A stretch of 64,000 nt of DNA from Longimicrobiales bacterium (GTDB lineage: Bacteria > Gemmatimonadota > Gemmatimonadetes > Longimicrobiales > Gaopeijiaceae): contig CBDDCX010000007.1 in the NCBI GenBank assembly GCA_965226375.1, positions 96,001 to 160,000 of the forward strand. The letters run 5' to 3'. The translations under genes were made by a program, and so were the position numbers. Below, piece after piece: positions 29,612 to 39,132 of the stretch. The stretch's first letter is position 1; each line of letters opens with the position of its first letter. The notes beneath the pieces were generated by a model. It was given only the letters and a program-made list of their open reading frames with translations, had not been told where the DNA came from and searched no databases.

Positions 29612-32112
29612 GTGTCCGCTCTCGAACTCGCTTTTCGCACACTTACCAAGACGCCGTTCGTCACGGCGGTCGCGATCCTGTCTCTCGCGCTGGGCATCGG
29701 AGCAAACGCCGCGATCTTTTCGCTCTTCGATCAGATGCTGCTGCAGTCTCTACCCGTCCAGGAGCCCGGCCGTCTGGTGAACCTTTCGGCGCCTGGCCCC
29801 AACCCCGGGTCGCAGTCTTGCAGTCAGGCCGGGCCCTGCACAGCGGTCTTCAGCTACCCGATGTTCAAGGACCTCGCGCAGGTGTCGACCGGCTTTAGCG
29901 GTGTGGCGGCACATCGGATCTTCGGGACCAACCTCGCCATGGCCGACCAGACCGTGAACGGCACCGGCATGCTGGTGTCTGGGTCATATTTCCCTCTGCT
30001 CGGTCTGCGTCCGGCCTTGGGTCGGCTACTCGGTCCGCGCGATGATGAGGCCATCGGCGAGCACTACGTCCCCGTGCTCGGCTACGACTACTGGGAGAAT
30101 CAACTCGGCTTGGACCCGGCGGTGCTGAACAGCACGATCATCGTCAATGGACGGTCGATGACGGTGGTGGGCGTGGGCCCGAAGGGCTTCGAAGGAACTA
30201 CCCTCGGCGCTACCGCCGACGTGTACGTCCCGCTCACCATGCGTACGGTGATGAGCCCGTGGTGGGACGCGTGGGATAATCGCCGGAACTACTGGGCGTA
30301 TCTGTTCGCCCGGCTGGCGCCCGGAGTGACCATCGAGCAGGCCAGCGCGGAGATGAACACGGTCTTCCAGGGCATCCTCGCAGAGGTGGAGGCTCCGCTT
30401 CAGAGCGGCATGAGCGACCAGACCATGGAACGGTTCCTGGTCAAGGAACTGGTGATCGAGGAGGGCTCCCGCGGACAGAGCAATCTGCACGGAGAGGTGG
30501 AGACACCCATGACCCTCCTCTTCGGGATCACGGGTGTGGTGCTGCTCATCGCTTGTGCGAACATCGCCAACCTCCTGTTGGCTCGTGGAGCCAACCGCGG
30601 GTCCGAGATGGCTATCCGCGCTTCGATCGGTGCAAGTCGGTCACAGATGCTGAGACAATTGCTGACCGAGTCGCTGGTACTCGCTGTTCTCGGAGGGTTC
30701 GCCAGCCTTCTCGTCGCCAACTGGACCCTGGGAATCATCGCGACGCTCCTTCCACCCGAGCCCGCGTCCGCCTTCACGCCCTCGTTGAGTCCCGGTGTGA
30801 TCCTGTTCGCGGGGGCGCTGGCGATCGGAACCGGAGTCCTGTTTGGACTCTATCCGGCCCTGCACAGCACGCGTCCAGATCTGGTGACTGCGGTGAAGAG
30901 CAACAGCGGCCAACCCTCCGGACACCGGGCTGCGGCGCGCTTCCGTAGTGCGCTGGTCACGGCCCAGATCGCCCTTTCCATGGCGCTATTGGTCGGAGCG
31001 GGTCTGTTCCTCAAGAGCCTCACGAACGTGAGCCGAGTGGACCTGGGCATGAGCCCGGGAGACGTGGCGACGTTCGCCATCTCGCCGACGCTGAACGGAT
31101 ACGACCGTGAAGAGTCGCTGGCGCTCTACGAACGGGTCGAGCAGGAGCTGGCTGCCTTGCCCGGCGTCTCGGGAGCCTCAGCTGCGATTGTCGCGATCCT
31201 GAACGGCAACAACTGGGGTAACGACGTGGCCGTGGAGGGGTTCGAGTCGGGCCCTGACATCGACTCCAACTCGCGCATGAATATGGTTGGTCCCGGCTAC
31301 TTATCGACGCTGGGGATACCACTGCTCGCCGGCCGTGAGTCACCGTTGCCGACAACATGGAAGCGGAAGAGGTCGCCGTCGTGAACGAGGCGTTCGCGAC
31401 CAAGTTCGGACTCGATCCCCGCGAGACCGCCGGAAAGTTCATGGGCACGGGTGGTGGTGGTTCCGAGTTGACGCGCCGCATCGTCGGGGTGGTCCAGGAC
31501 TCGCGCTACTCGGGGGTGAAGCGCGACGTGCCACCGCTCTTCTTCCTCCCCTACCGTCAGAACGAGTATGTCGGATCGATCACCTTTTACATGCGCACAC
31601 AGATCGAGCCGTCGCAGACGCTGGCTGCGGTGGGAGGCGTCATCAAGGGCTTGGATGCCAACCTGCCGGTCGAGGACCTGAAGACACTCGAGCAAACCGC
31701 GAAAGAGAACGTGATGCTCGACCGCCTCATAAGCACGTTGTCGGCCGCCTTCGCCGTGCTGGCCACCATACTCGCTGCCGTGGGACTGTATGGCGTCCTG
31801 GCCTACTCGGTCTCGCAACGTACACGTGAGATCGGCCTGCGCGTGGCACTGGGAGCGGACGGGGCACGGGTCCGGGCGTTGGTGCTACGCCAAGTAGCGA
31901 AGATGATCGTAGTCGGTGGAATCATCGGCTTGGTGGGAGCCTTTTTCCTGGGCCGGGCCGCCGAGTCTCTGCTTTTCGGGCTGGAGGGTAACGATCCCGT
32001 GGTGATGGGCGGTGTCGCGGTGCTGCTGAGCGTCGTGGCGTTCGCAGCCGGCTACCTGCCGGCGTACCGAGCCTCGAGGATCGATCCGATGGTGGCTCTG
32101 CGGTACGAGTAA
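29612..32112 (+). CDS. MacB/FtsX-type duplicated ABC permease (ADOP-like); frameshift near 31339
   Basis: LALGIGANAAIFS, LLIACANIANLLLAR, QLLTES, SQRTREIGLRVALGA, RASRIDPMVALRYE; one added T restores REFTVADNMEAEE. Confidence 0.9.
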
Positions 32113-32327
32113 GGCGTACCACACTCCATCGGATCGACCACCCTAGCCCAGGCTGTGGTCGCTGATTAAAATCGCCGTCTGTGGTTCGATCCGGGCAGTT
32201 ACTCGTACAGAGTGACGAGCCGGTCAGCGTCACTGAACGGCGTCGATCTTGTGAGATGCCGCGGTGCCGGACCATGTTGCTCGGCACAGGTCCCGCCTGA
32301 TGCATCCCACACGCAAAGACGACATCA

Positions 32328-33731
32328 ATGGACATCTCGCGCATCTCCGATTCCCGCATGTCGATCATGGGCCTTGTCCGGTCGTCGGCCGTTCTGGGAT
32401 CGATTCTACTTCTCGGACCCAGCGCTCTCGGAGCCCAGGCCCGCGACTACGACTCCGCCCGCCCGTTCGGCACGCTCCGGGAGCAGGCCAGGGTCCAGCA
32501 GACCTGGCTCGAGGACCGTCTCGAGACCAACCTGCCACTCCTCATGCGGAAACACGGCGTGGATATGTGGGTCGTGACCATGCGGGAGTACAACGAGGAC
32601 CCGGTATTCAAGGCACTCGTCTCGGCGACGACCTTCGCTGCTCGGCGTCGCACGATCTACATGTTCTACGACCGCGGTCCCGAACAGGGGGTCGAGCGCC
32701 TGGCGTTGGGCGGGAACTCGCAGGGTGGCGTGTACGAGGCGGTGCGGGCGACTGCGCTGTCTTCAGACGGTCGCGCGGCCGAACTGTGGGGCAGCGATCA
32801 GTGGGACCTGTTCGCGCGAATGGTGCGCGAGCGTGATCCCGAGCGGATCGCCGTGAACATCTCGCACGATATCAACTTTTCCGACGGGCTGACTGCAGGA
32901 GAGTGGGAGCAGATGGAAGAGGCACTGGGCGACCTGGCCGGGCGCGTGGTCCGCGAGCCTCTTCTGGCTGTGGACTATCTTGCCATGCGCGTTGCCGGCA
33001 TGACCCCCACCTACCGCCACATGCAGGCCATCGTGCACGAGATCATCGGCACGGCCTTCTCGGACGTGATCATCGAACCGGGCAAGACCACCACGGAAGA
33101 CGTGGTGTGGTGGATGCGGCAACGGGTCCACGATCTAGGTCTGGGTTCCTGGTTCCAGCCCTCCGTGGGCATCCAGCGCTGGGGCGTGGAGATGGGCGAC
33201 TCCATCGCGCCTGTGATCCTCAGGGGCGATGTCCTTCACTGCGACTTCGGCATCGTCAACATGGGCATGACGACGGACACGCAGCACATGGCGTACGTGC
33301 TCCTGGAGGGGGAGACATATGCGCCCGCGGGTCTGCAGAAGGCGCTCGCCAACGCCAACCGTCTCCAGGACATCCTCCTCGAGGAGACTAAGGTGGGTCG
33401 GTCGGGCAATGAGATCCTCGCCTCGGTCCTGAACGTGATGCGTATCGAGGATCTGGATGGGACCATGTATACACATCCCATCGGAGACCACGGCCACGGC
33501 GCCGGTCCCTTGATCGGTCTGTGGGACTATCAGGACGGTGTTCCGGGTCGGGGCGATCCGTTCGTGATCCCGAGCATGTGGTTTTCCACCGAGCTACAGG
33601 TCACGACTCCGGTGCCCGAGTGGGACGGTCAACGCGTGCGTATGGCCCTGGAAGAGGAGGCCGAGATCACGGCTGAAGGTGAGATGCGATGGGTGCTGAG
33701 GCGGCAAACGGAATTGCACTTGGTGCACTAG
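32328..33731 (+). CDS. M24 family (Xaa-Pro) aminopeptidase, secreted
   Basis: HCDFG, TDTQH, YTHPIGDHGHG, STEL, ALEEE metal ligands. Confidence 0.88.
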   Translation: MDISRISDSRMSIMGLVRSSAVLGSILLLGPSALGAQARDYDSARPFGTLREQARVQQTWLEDRLETNLPLLMRKHGVDMWVVTMREYNEDPVFKALVSATTFAARRRTIYMFYDRGPEQGVERLALGGNSQGGVYEAVRATALSSDGRAAELWGSDQWDLFARMVRERDPERIAVNISHDINFSDGLTAGEWEQMEEALGDLAGRVVREPLLAVDYLAMRVAGMTPTYRHMQAIVHEIIGTAFSDVIIEPGKTTTEDVVWWMRQRVHDLGLGSWFQPSVGIQRWGVEMGDSIAPVILRGDVLHCDFGIVNMGMTTDTQHMAYVLLEGETYAPAGLQKALANANRLQDILLEETKVGRSGNEILASVLNVMRIEDLDGTMYTHPIGDHGHGAGPLIGLWDYQDGVPGRGDPFVIPSMWFSTELQVTTPVPEWDGQRVRMALEEEAEITAEGEMRWVLRRQTELHLVH

Positions 33732-33744
33732 TGCACGGATGAGC

Positions 33745-33966
33745 CTAGCCTTCGTCCTCGACCCGCACCTCGTCGCACTTGCAGCGGCCGCACCAACATC
33801 CGCAGTGGCCACACCCGCACCGGCAGCGGATTCGTCCACCGAAGAGCCACCAGAGGGCGAGTACGAAGAGGAGTAGTTGTAGACCTCCACCGCTGGCCAG
33901 CCCCTGCCAGAAAGCAACGACAACGTTGAAGTAGATGGCTAGCGCCTCGCCGATCAACTCGATCAT
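33745..33966 (-). CDS. Small membrane protein with Cys-rich C-terminal motif
   Basis: GGAGG RBS 7 nt before ATG; hydrophobic N-terminus; CRCGCGHCGCWCGRCKC. Confidence 0.7.
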   Translation of the reverse strand: MIELIGEALAIYFNVVVAFWQGLASGGGLQLLLFVLALWWLFGGRIRCRCGCGHCGCWCGRCKCDEVRVEDEG

Positions 33967-34010
33967 CTTCCGTCCTCCACAGGCCGTTCGACTAAAGTCG
34001 GGTGCACATC

Positions 34011-34040
34011 ATTAGACGCGGAACCCGCTCGGAAGGTTGC
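34011..34040 (-). promoter_or_regulatory. Putative ECF-sigma promoter
   Basis: GCAACC-N16-CGTCTAAT on the minus strand, 45 bp upstream of the ATG at 33966. Confidence 0.55.
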
Positions 34041-34062
34041 GGGGCGGTTGGTTGGCGCAGCG

Positions 34063-34290
34063 TCAGGAGGCCCCATTGTCCTCCGGAGTCTTCGATATCC
34101 ATTTGAAGAGCCTGTACCCGCCGTACCCGACGGCTCCGACCGCCAAGACCGCCGGAATCCACCCCAAGAGGTTCAGGACGATGGACCCGACTATGACGAC
34201 GGCTCCACCTTGGAGCCAGCCCACCCACTGCCCCCGGTTGCGCGCGCGTGTGAGGTCTTTGGCGGTATAGACCTTCTCGGGCAGGTTCAT
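34063..34290 (-). CDS. Small two-helix membrane protein
   Basis: AAGGTG RBS; MNLPEKVYT...WLQGGAVVIVGSIVLNLLGWIPAVLAVGAVGYGGY. Confidence 0.7.
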   Translation of the reverse strand: MNLPEKVYTAKDLTRARNRGQWVGWLQGGAVVIVGSIVLNLLGWIPAVLAVGAVGYGGYRLFKWISKTPEDNGAS

Positions 34291-34531
34291 CTTCACCTTC
34301 GTTCGGTAGGTGCTCGGCGAGGCATCCGGAAGGCGAACGCGTCGTCGCAGGTGGCCAACTCGTCGAATCTTACGGTGGATCACGCCCACGTTCAATCACG
34401 AGGCCCCTGCGTAGACGCCTGAGCTTTACGGCTGCACATTAGGCGCGCAGCAGAATGGCGGAGTCGTCAGGTCGGCCGTGTACGGCGCCGGACTCCGACT
34501 ATGCGTGCCCCCCGACCCCCGACCGCCCGAT

Positions 34532-35101
34532 ATGGACAGCATCGACGTCACTCGCCTTCTCGACGCGTATGGAAGCGGCGACAGGGCGGCGCTCGATCAG
34601 CTACTTCCGGTGCTGTATGCGGATCTGCGGGGGATCGCACGTCATCACCTGGCCAATGAGGGTGCCGGGCGTCCGTTCGATACGACCGGGTTGGTCCAGG
34701 AGGCGTACCTACGGCTGGTCGGGGTCAAGTCCACGTCCATTAGCAGTCGATCCCACTTCCTCTCGATCGCGGCGCGCACGATGCGCCGCATTCTTGCCGA
34801 TGAAGCCCGACGTCGGACTGCCCTGAAGAGGGGCGGGAGGCAGGATCCCGTTACGCTCAACTCCGAGGCTCTGGGCGTCGAGGATCGCAGCGAAGACCTG
34901 CTCGCCCTCGACCAGGCCGTCAGGAAGCTCGAGTCGCTCGACGTACGTCAGAGCCGGGTGGTCGAGTGCAAGATCTTCGCCGGGATGACCTACCCGGAAA
35001 TCTCGGAAGCGCTGGAGATCTCGGTGGCCACCGTGAAGCGCGACTGGGAGACAGCGCGTGCATGGCTGAACCGGGAACTGGGCCAGGAGCTGGGCCGATG
35101 A
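34532..35101 (+). CDS. ECF sigma factor, TIGR02999-like (usually kinase-associated)
   Basis: DVTRLL, LLPVLYADLR, TTGLVQEAYLRL, KRGG, LLALDQA, TVKRDW..ARAWL. Confidence 0.9.
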   Translation: MDSIDVTRLLDAYGSGDRAALDQLLPVLYADLRGIARHHLANEGAGRPFDTTGLVQEAYLRLVGVKSTSISSRSHFLSIAARTMRRILADEARRRTALKRGGRQDPVTLNSEALGVEDRSEDLLALDQAVRKLESLDVRQSRVVECKIFAGMTYPEISEALEISVATVKRDWETARAWLNRELGQELGR

Positions 35102-35127
35102 GCTGGGCCAGGAGCTGGGCCGATGAG
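35078..35127 (+). repeat. 25-bp perfect tandem duplication spanning the sigma stop and next ATG
   Basis: CTGGGCCAGGAGCTGGGCCGATGAG x2. Confidence 0.9.
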
Positions 35128-35179
35128 CCGATCGGGTACGGTTCTGCGCCAACCTTGGTAGACGTTGCAAGCACATTGA

Positions 35180-37573
35180 TCAAATGAGGCACTCCAACTG
35201 GAGACGCTGAGGAAGTTCAGGAACTTTGCCACTCCCGAGTATGAAGAGCTCTTCGAGGAGCTCAGCCCCGACGAATTGACGTCGATCATCTCGCGGATTG
35301 ATGCGGCTGTCACCGAGGCCGTTTCCGCTGAAGGCGGGACCATGATGGAGAGCTCGAGGGGACGCCTCGAGGCGGCGTTCGGCGTGCCCGTCACGCACGA
35401 GGATGATGCCCACCGTGCCCTCCGGGCTTCGCTCGAGATCAGGGCCAGGATACTCAGGCTCGGGAGCGAATTGGCGTGGCCGCTGGGCAGGAGCCTGTCG
35501 AGCCGCATAGGGGTGGACACGGGTACGGTGGCCGTGAGGAGGAAGGAAGACGGTGGGTCCGGTTACCAGCTGTCGGGCCGGCCGGTGCGCGCTGCGGAGG
35601 AGTTGGCCCGTCGCGCCGAGGACGACCAGATCATCATCACCGGTGAGTGCCGCCGTCTCGTGGCCACAGGCTTCGAGACGAGCCCGACCTCCGAGATCGA
35701 GATCTCGGGGGTGGAGCATCCGGTCGCGACCCATAGCGTGCTAGGAGAAGGGCCCGCCTCCGCGACCATCGGGGCTCGGGGCCTCACAGAATTCCTCGGG
35801 CGTGAGGAGGAGCTGGAGGCTCTGAAACGACTGGCCGCGAAGGCGACCGCAGGGGACGGGGGATTGGTCAACATCGTCGGTGAGCCCGGGGTCGGTAAGA
35901 GCCGCCTTCTCTACGAATTTTCCGAGGGCCTCGATACCGATCAGGTCAGGGTGTTGAACGGACGCTGCCTCCAGGGAGCACGCGGGGCCTCGTATGCGCC
36001 GATCCTCGAGGTGCTCCGCGAAGCGCTCGTGCCCGACGGCGCGCGAGGAGATGATCTGGACGCTCAGACCGCGGTCGACGGCGTCTTGGAACTGGACCCC
36101 GGGCTCGGTGACACGCTTCCGCTACTCCTGCAAGTACTCTCACTCAGCGACCCCCGCTTTCCGTTCCCCAAACATCTGCAGGGGGATCAGCTACGGGTTG
36201 CCGTCGTAGAGTCGATCGTGGGTGTCCTGTCGGTGTTCGCCAGCCAGAAGCCTCTCGTCATTCTGCTGGAGGATTGGCACTGGGCCGACGAGGCGTCGAC
36301 TGCCGCGCTCTTACAGTTGGCCGGAGTGGCGCAGTCTTTTCCGATTCTCATCACCGTGACCACGCGCCCGGGATACGGGACCGATTTCGGGGCAGTCGAA
36401 GCATCCACGCGCCTGCGGCTCGGGGCCGTTGGTACCGAGACCACTGAGGCTCTGCTGAGCGCAGTCCTCGGGTCGCGCACCGTCCAGCCGGAGCTCGCTC
36501 GCGTGATTGCGGCCACGACGGGCGGAAACCCTTTCTACATCGAAGAGATCGGGGCAGATCTACAGGAACAAGGTGCGGTGTCTGTCGTGGACGACGAGGC
36601 CCGCCTCGCCGACAACGCCGAGGTTCGGCTCCCAGACTCCGTTCAGGCGGTGATACGTGCGCGGCTCGACCGCGTCGACGCCCAGGCCAAGGGTGTGCTC
36701 TTCGTCGCTTCCGTGATCGGGCGGGAGTTCAGCCGCCCTCTGCTTGCGGGCCTGGTCGACGACTCTCTGGTACTCGATCGCGTTCTCAAGGTGCTCAAGG
36801 ATTCGGGCCTGATCCAACAAACGCGCGTGATTCCCGAGCCCGAATACCGCTTCAAGCATGCACTGACGCAGCAGGTCACGTATGAGAGTCTCCTTGCCCA
36901 CCGGCGTCGTGAGCTGCATCGGGAGGTGGGTGAGCGGCTCGAAGCGACCGGTGCCATCCGCGAGGAGGAGCTCGACCTTCTCGCGAATCATTTCGGTGAG
37001 GCGGGACAGTGGGAGAAGGCCGTCGACTACGGATACGAGGCCGCCAAGCGAGCTCTGCTCCTCAGCGAGCAAGAGGACGCGCGGTCGTCGCTGGTTCGGG
37101 TCGAGGCGTGGGCAGACCGTCTCGACCCCTCGCCCGAGCACGATCAGAAGCGCATGGACGTGCTCTTCACGAAGGAACGTCTGCTCGACGCCACTGGCCA
37201 CAGACGGGAACAGCACGCCACCATCGAGCGCCTCCGCCCCATCGTCGAGTCCGCCGGCACTGAGGCGGACCACATCGAGCTGGACCTGCGCCATGGAGAC
37301 TTTCTGGCCGCGGCTCGGCGGTACGAAGAGGCCGAGGTGGTGCATACGAGGGCGCTCGAGCGAAGCCGTGCCGCTGAACTCCCGGATATGCAGCGCAAGG
37401 CTCTGCGGAGCCTCGGCTTGTTGTCGTGGCATCAAAACCGGGGCACCGAGGCGGAGGCCCTCCGGTTCCTGGAAGAGGCGGTTGAGTTGGACCGGCTCAA
37501 CGACGACATAGAGGCGGAACTCGGAACCCTGTACAACATCTCGACGGTGCTCAAAGCCACCGGGGGACCTTGA
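35180..37573 (+). pseudogene. Cyclase-like + AAA ATPase + TPR signalling protein, truncated at both ends
   Basis: FGVPVTHEDDAHRA, RIGVDTG, P-loop GEPGVGKS, LEDWHWAD, GGNPFY, FKHALTQ; no convincing start; ends mid-TPR. Confidence 0.8.
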
Positions 37574-37703
37574 GCGCCACCTTGCGGTGGTGCTTGACGT
37601 CTTCGGCCAGATAGACCGTTGCCATACCACCCTCTCCGAGTTCTCGCTCGATAGAGTACTTGCCTTCGAGGGCGGCAGTCAGGCGGGGAAGATCGGTGAA
37701 CAT
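37551..37703 (-). pseudogene. N-terminal relic (46 codons) of a Hanks-type Ser/Thr kinase
   Basis: Hand translation: MFTDLPRLTAALEGKYSIERELGEGGMATVYLAEDVKHHRKVALKV, then PRWL-stop; too short for the ORF track. Confidence 0.9.
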
Positions 37704-37837
37704 GGCGGACAACATCCGGTGTCGGCCGTGCGATGCGCAAGGAAGGCGCAGTCCCCATTCTGAGACGTGGCGCCATTGTGGCGGAAGGGTACATTATCTG
37801 CCCGCGAAAAACCCTAACACGGACAAGGAGTATTCTC

Positions 37838-38329
37838 ATGAACTCTCCTGCTTTCTTGCAGGGAATCCTAGGACACGAGCGGGGCCTCTTCTGCAACGTC
37901 GTAGGCGCGGTGCCCGAAGACGGACGCCAACATCGAGCCGACCCCAAGGCCCGCAGCGCCGAGGAGCTGATCGGTCACATGATCGGCCACAACCAGGACC
38001 TGATCGAACTGCTCGACGACGGAGTGATCCATCATCGTAACCAGGTGGCGTTCGGTACCATCGACGACGCGGTCGCGACCCTGGACCAGACCTTCGGTGA
38101 GGTGATCGATCGGCTCGGCCAGGTGGACGAAGAGACCTGGATGAGCCCCGCGAAATTCATGGCCGGGGACCACATGGTCATGGAAGCTCCGAGAATGCAG
38201 TTGGCTTGGATGATGCTCCTGGATGCCATTCACCATCGCGGGCAGCTCAGCACCTACTTGCGACCGATGGGCAGCAAGGTACCGGCGATCTACGGTCCGT
38301 CGGCGGACGACGAAGGGCCGGGTCACTGA
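37838..38329 (+). CDS. DinB/YfiT family protein
   Basis: AAGGAG RBS; RSAEELIGH, IHHRGQLSTYLR..G.KVPAIYGPSAD. Confidence 0.9.
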   Translation: MNSPAFLQGILGHERGLFCNVVGAVPEDGRQHRADPKARSAEELIGHMIGHNQDLIELLDDGVIHHRNQVAFGTIDDAVATLDQTFGEVIDRLGQVDEETWMSPAKFMAGDHMVMEAPRMQLAWMMLLDAIHHRGQLSTYLRPMGSKVPAIYGPSADDEGPGH

Positions 38330-38393
38330 ACCGCAGCAAGCGAATAGATCGGCGCCGCCCGATCGTGGTAGGTACCTGCATCGAGACTACGAG

Positions 38394-39056
38394 ATGACCG
38401 GTCGCACCAGCCACCTGCCGGATGATCTCTATTCGTATCTGCTCGCGCACTCGGTTCGGGAATCGGACGTCATGCGCCGGCTCCGGGAGGAGACGGCACG
38501 GCTCGAGCACTCCGACATGCAGATCGGACCCGAGCAGGGGCGATTCATGGCTCTGCTGGTCGAGCTGATCGGTGCCGAGAACGCCCTGGAGGTGGGCACG
38601 TTCACGGGGTACAGCGCCTTGGCCGTCGCCGACGCACTACCGGAGCATGGCCGTCTGGTGGCGTGTGACGTGAGTGTGGAATGGACCTCGATCGCTCGGC
38701 GCTACTGGGCCGAAGCAGGGGTCGACCACAAGATCGACCTGCGGTTGGCGCCGGCGACCGAGACGCTCGATGCCCTGTTGGCCGACGGAGGCGAGAATCA
38801 ATTCGATTTCGCCTTCGTCGACGCGGACAAGGAAGCCTACGAGGCCTACTATGAGCGCACGCTCAGGCTCGTTCGGCCGGGTGGACTGATCGCGGTCGAC
38901 AACACCCTGTGGGAGGGAAAGGTGGTCGATGCTTCCGTGACCGATGCGGACACGGAGGCGATCCGACGCTTCAACCGCAACCTGATCGGCGACGAGCGAA
39001 TCTCACTCAGCATCGTGCCTATCGGTGACGGGCTGTCCCTCGCCAGGGTCCGGTAG
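38394..39056 (+). CDS. SAM-dependent O-methyltransferase (caffeoyl-CoA OMT-like)
   Basis: MQIGPEQG, LEVGTFTGYS, FVDADK, DNTLW, IGDGL. Confidence 0.92.
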   Translation: MTGRTSHLPDDLYSYLLAHSVRESDVMRRLREETARLEHSDMQIGPEQGRFMALLVELIGAENALEVGTFTGYSALAVADALPEHGRLVACDVSVEWTSIARRYWAEAGVDHKIDLRLAPATETLDALLADGGENQFDFAFVDADKEAYEAYYERTLRLVRPGGLIAVDNTLWEGKVVDASVTDADTEAIRRFNRNLIGDERISLSIVPIGDGLSLARVR

Positions 39057-39132
39057 TGCTTTTCTTCCGTACCCGATGTGGCCCGCGGTTGAGGGTGTTT
39101 CTACAGGGACCTCCAGGCCGGGTCGTGCCCTA

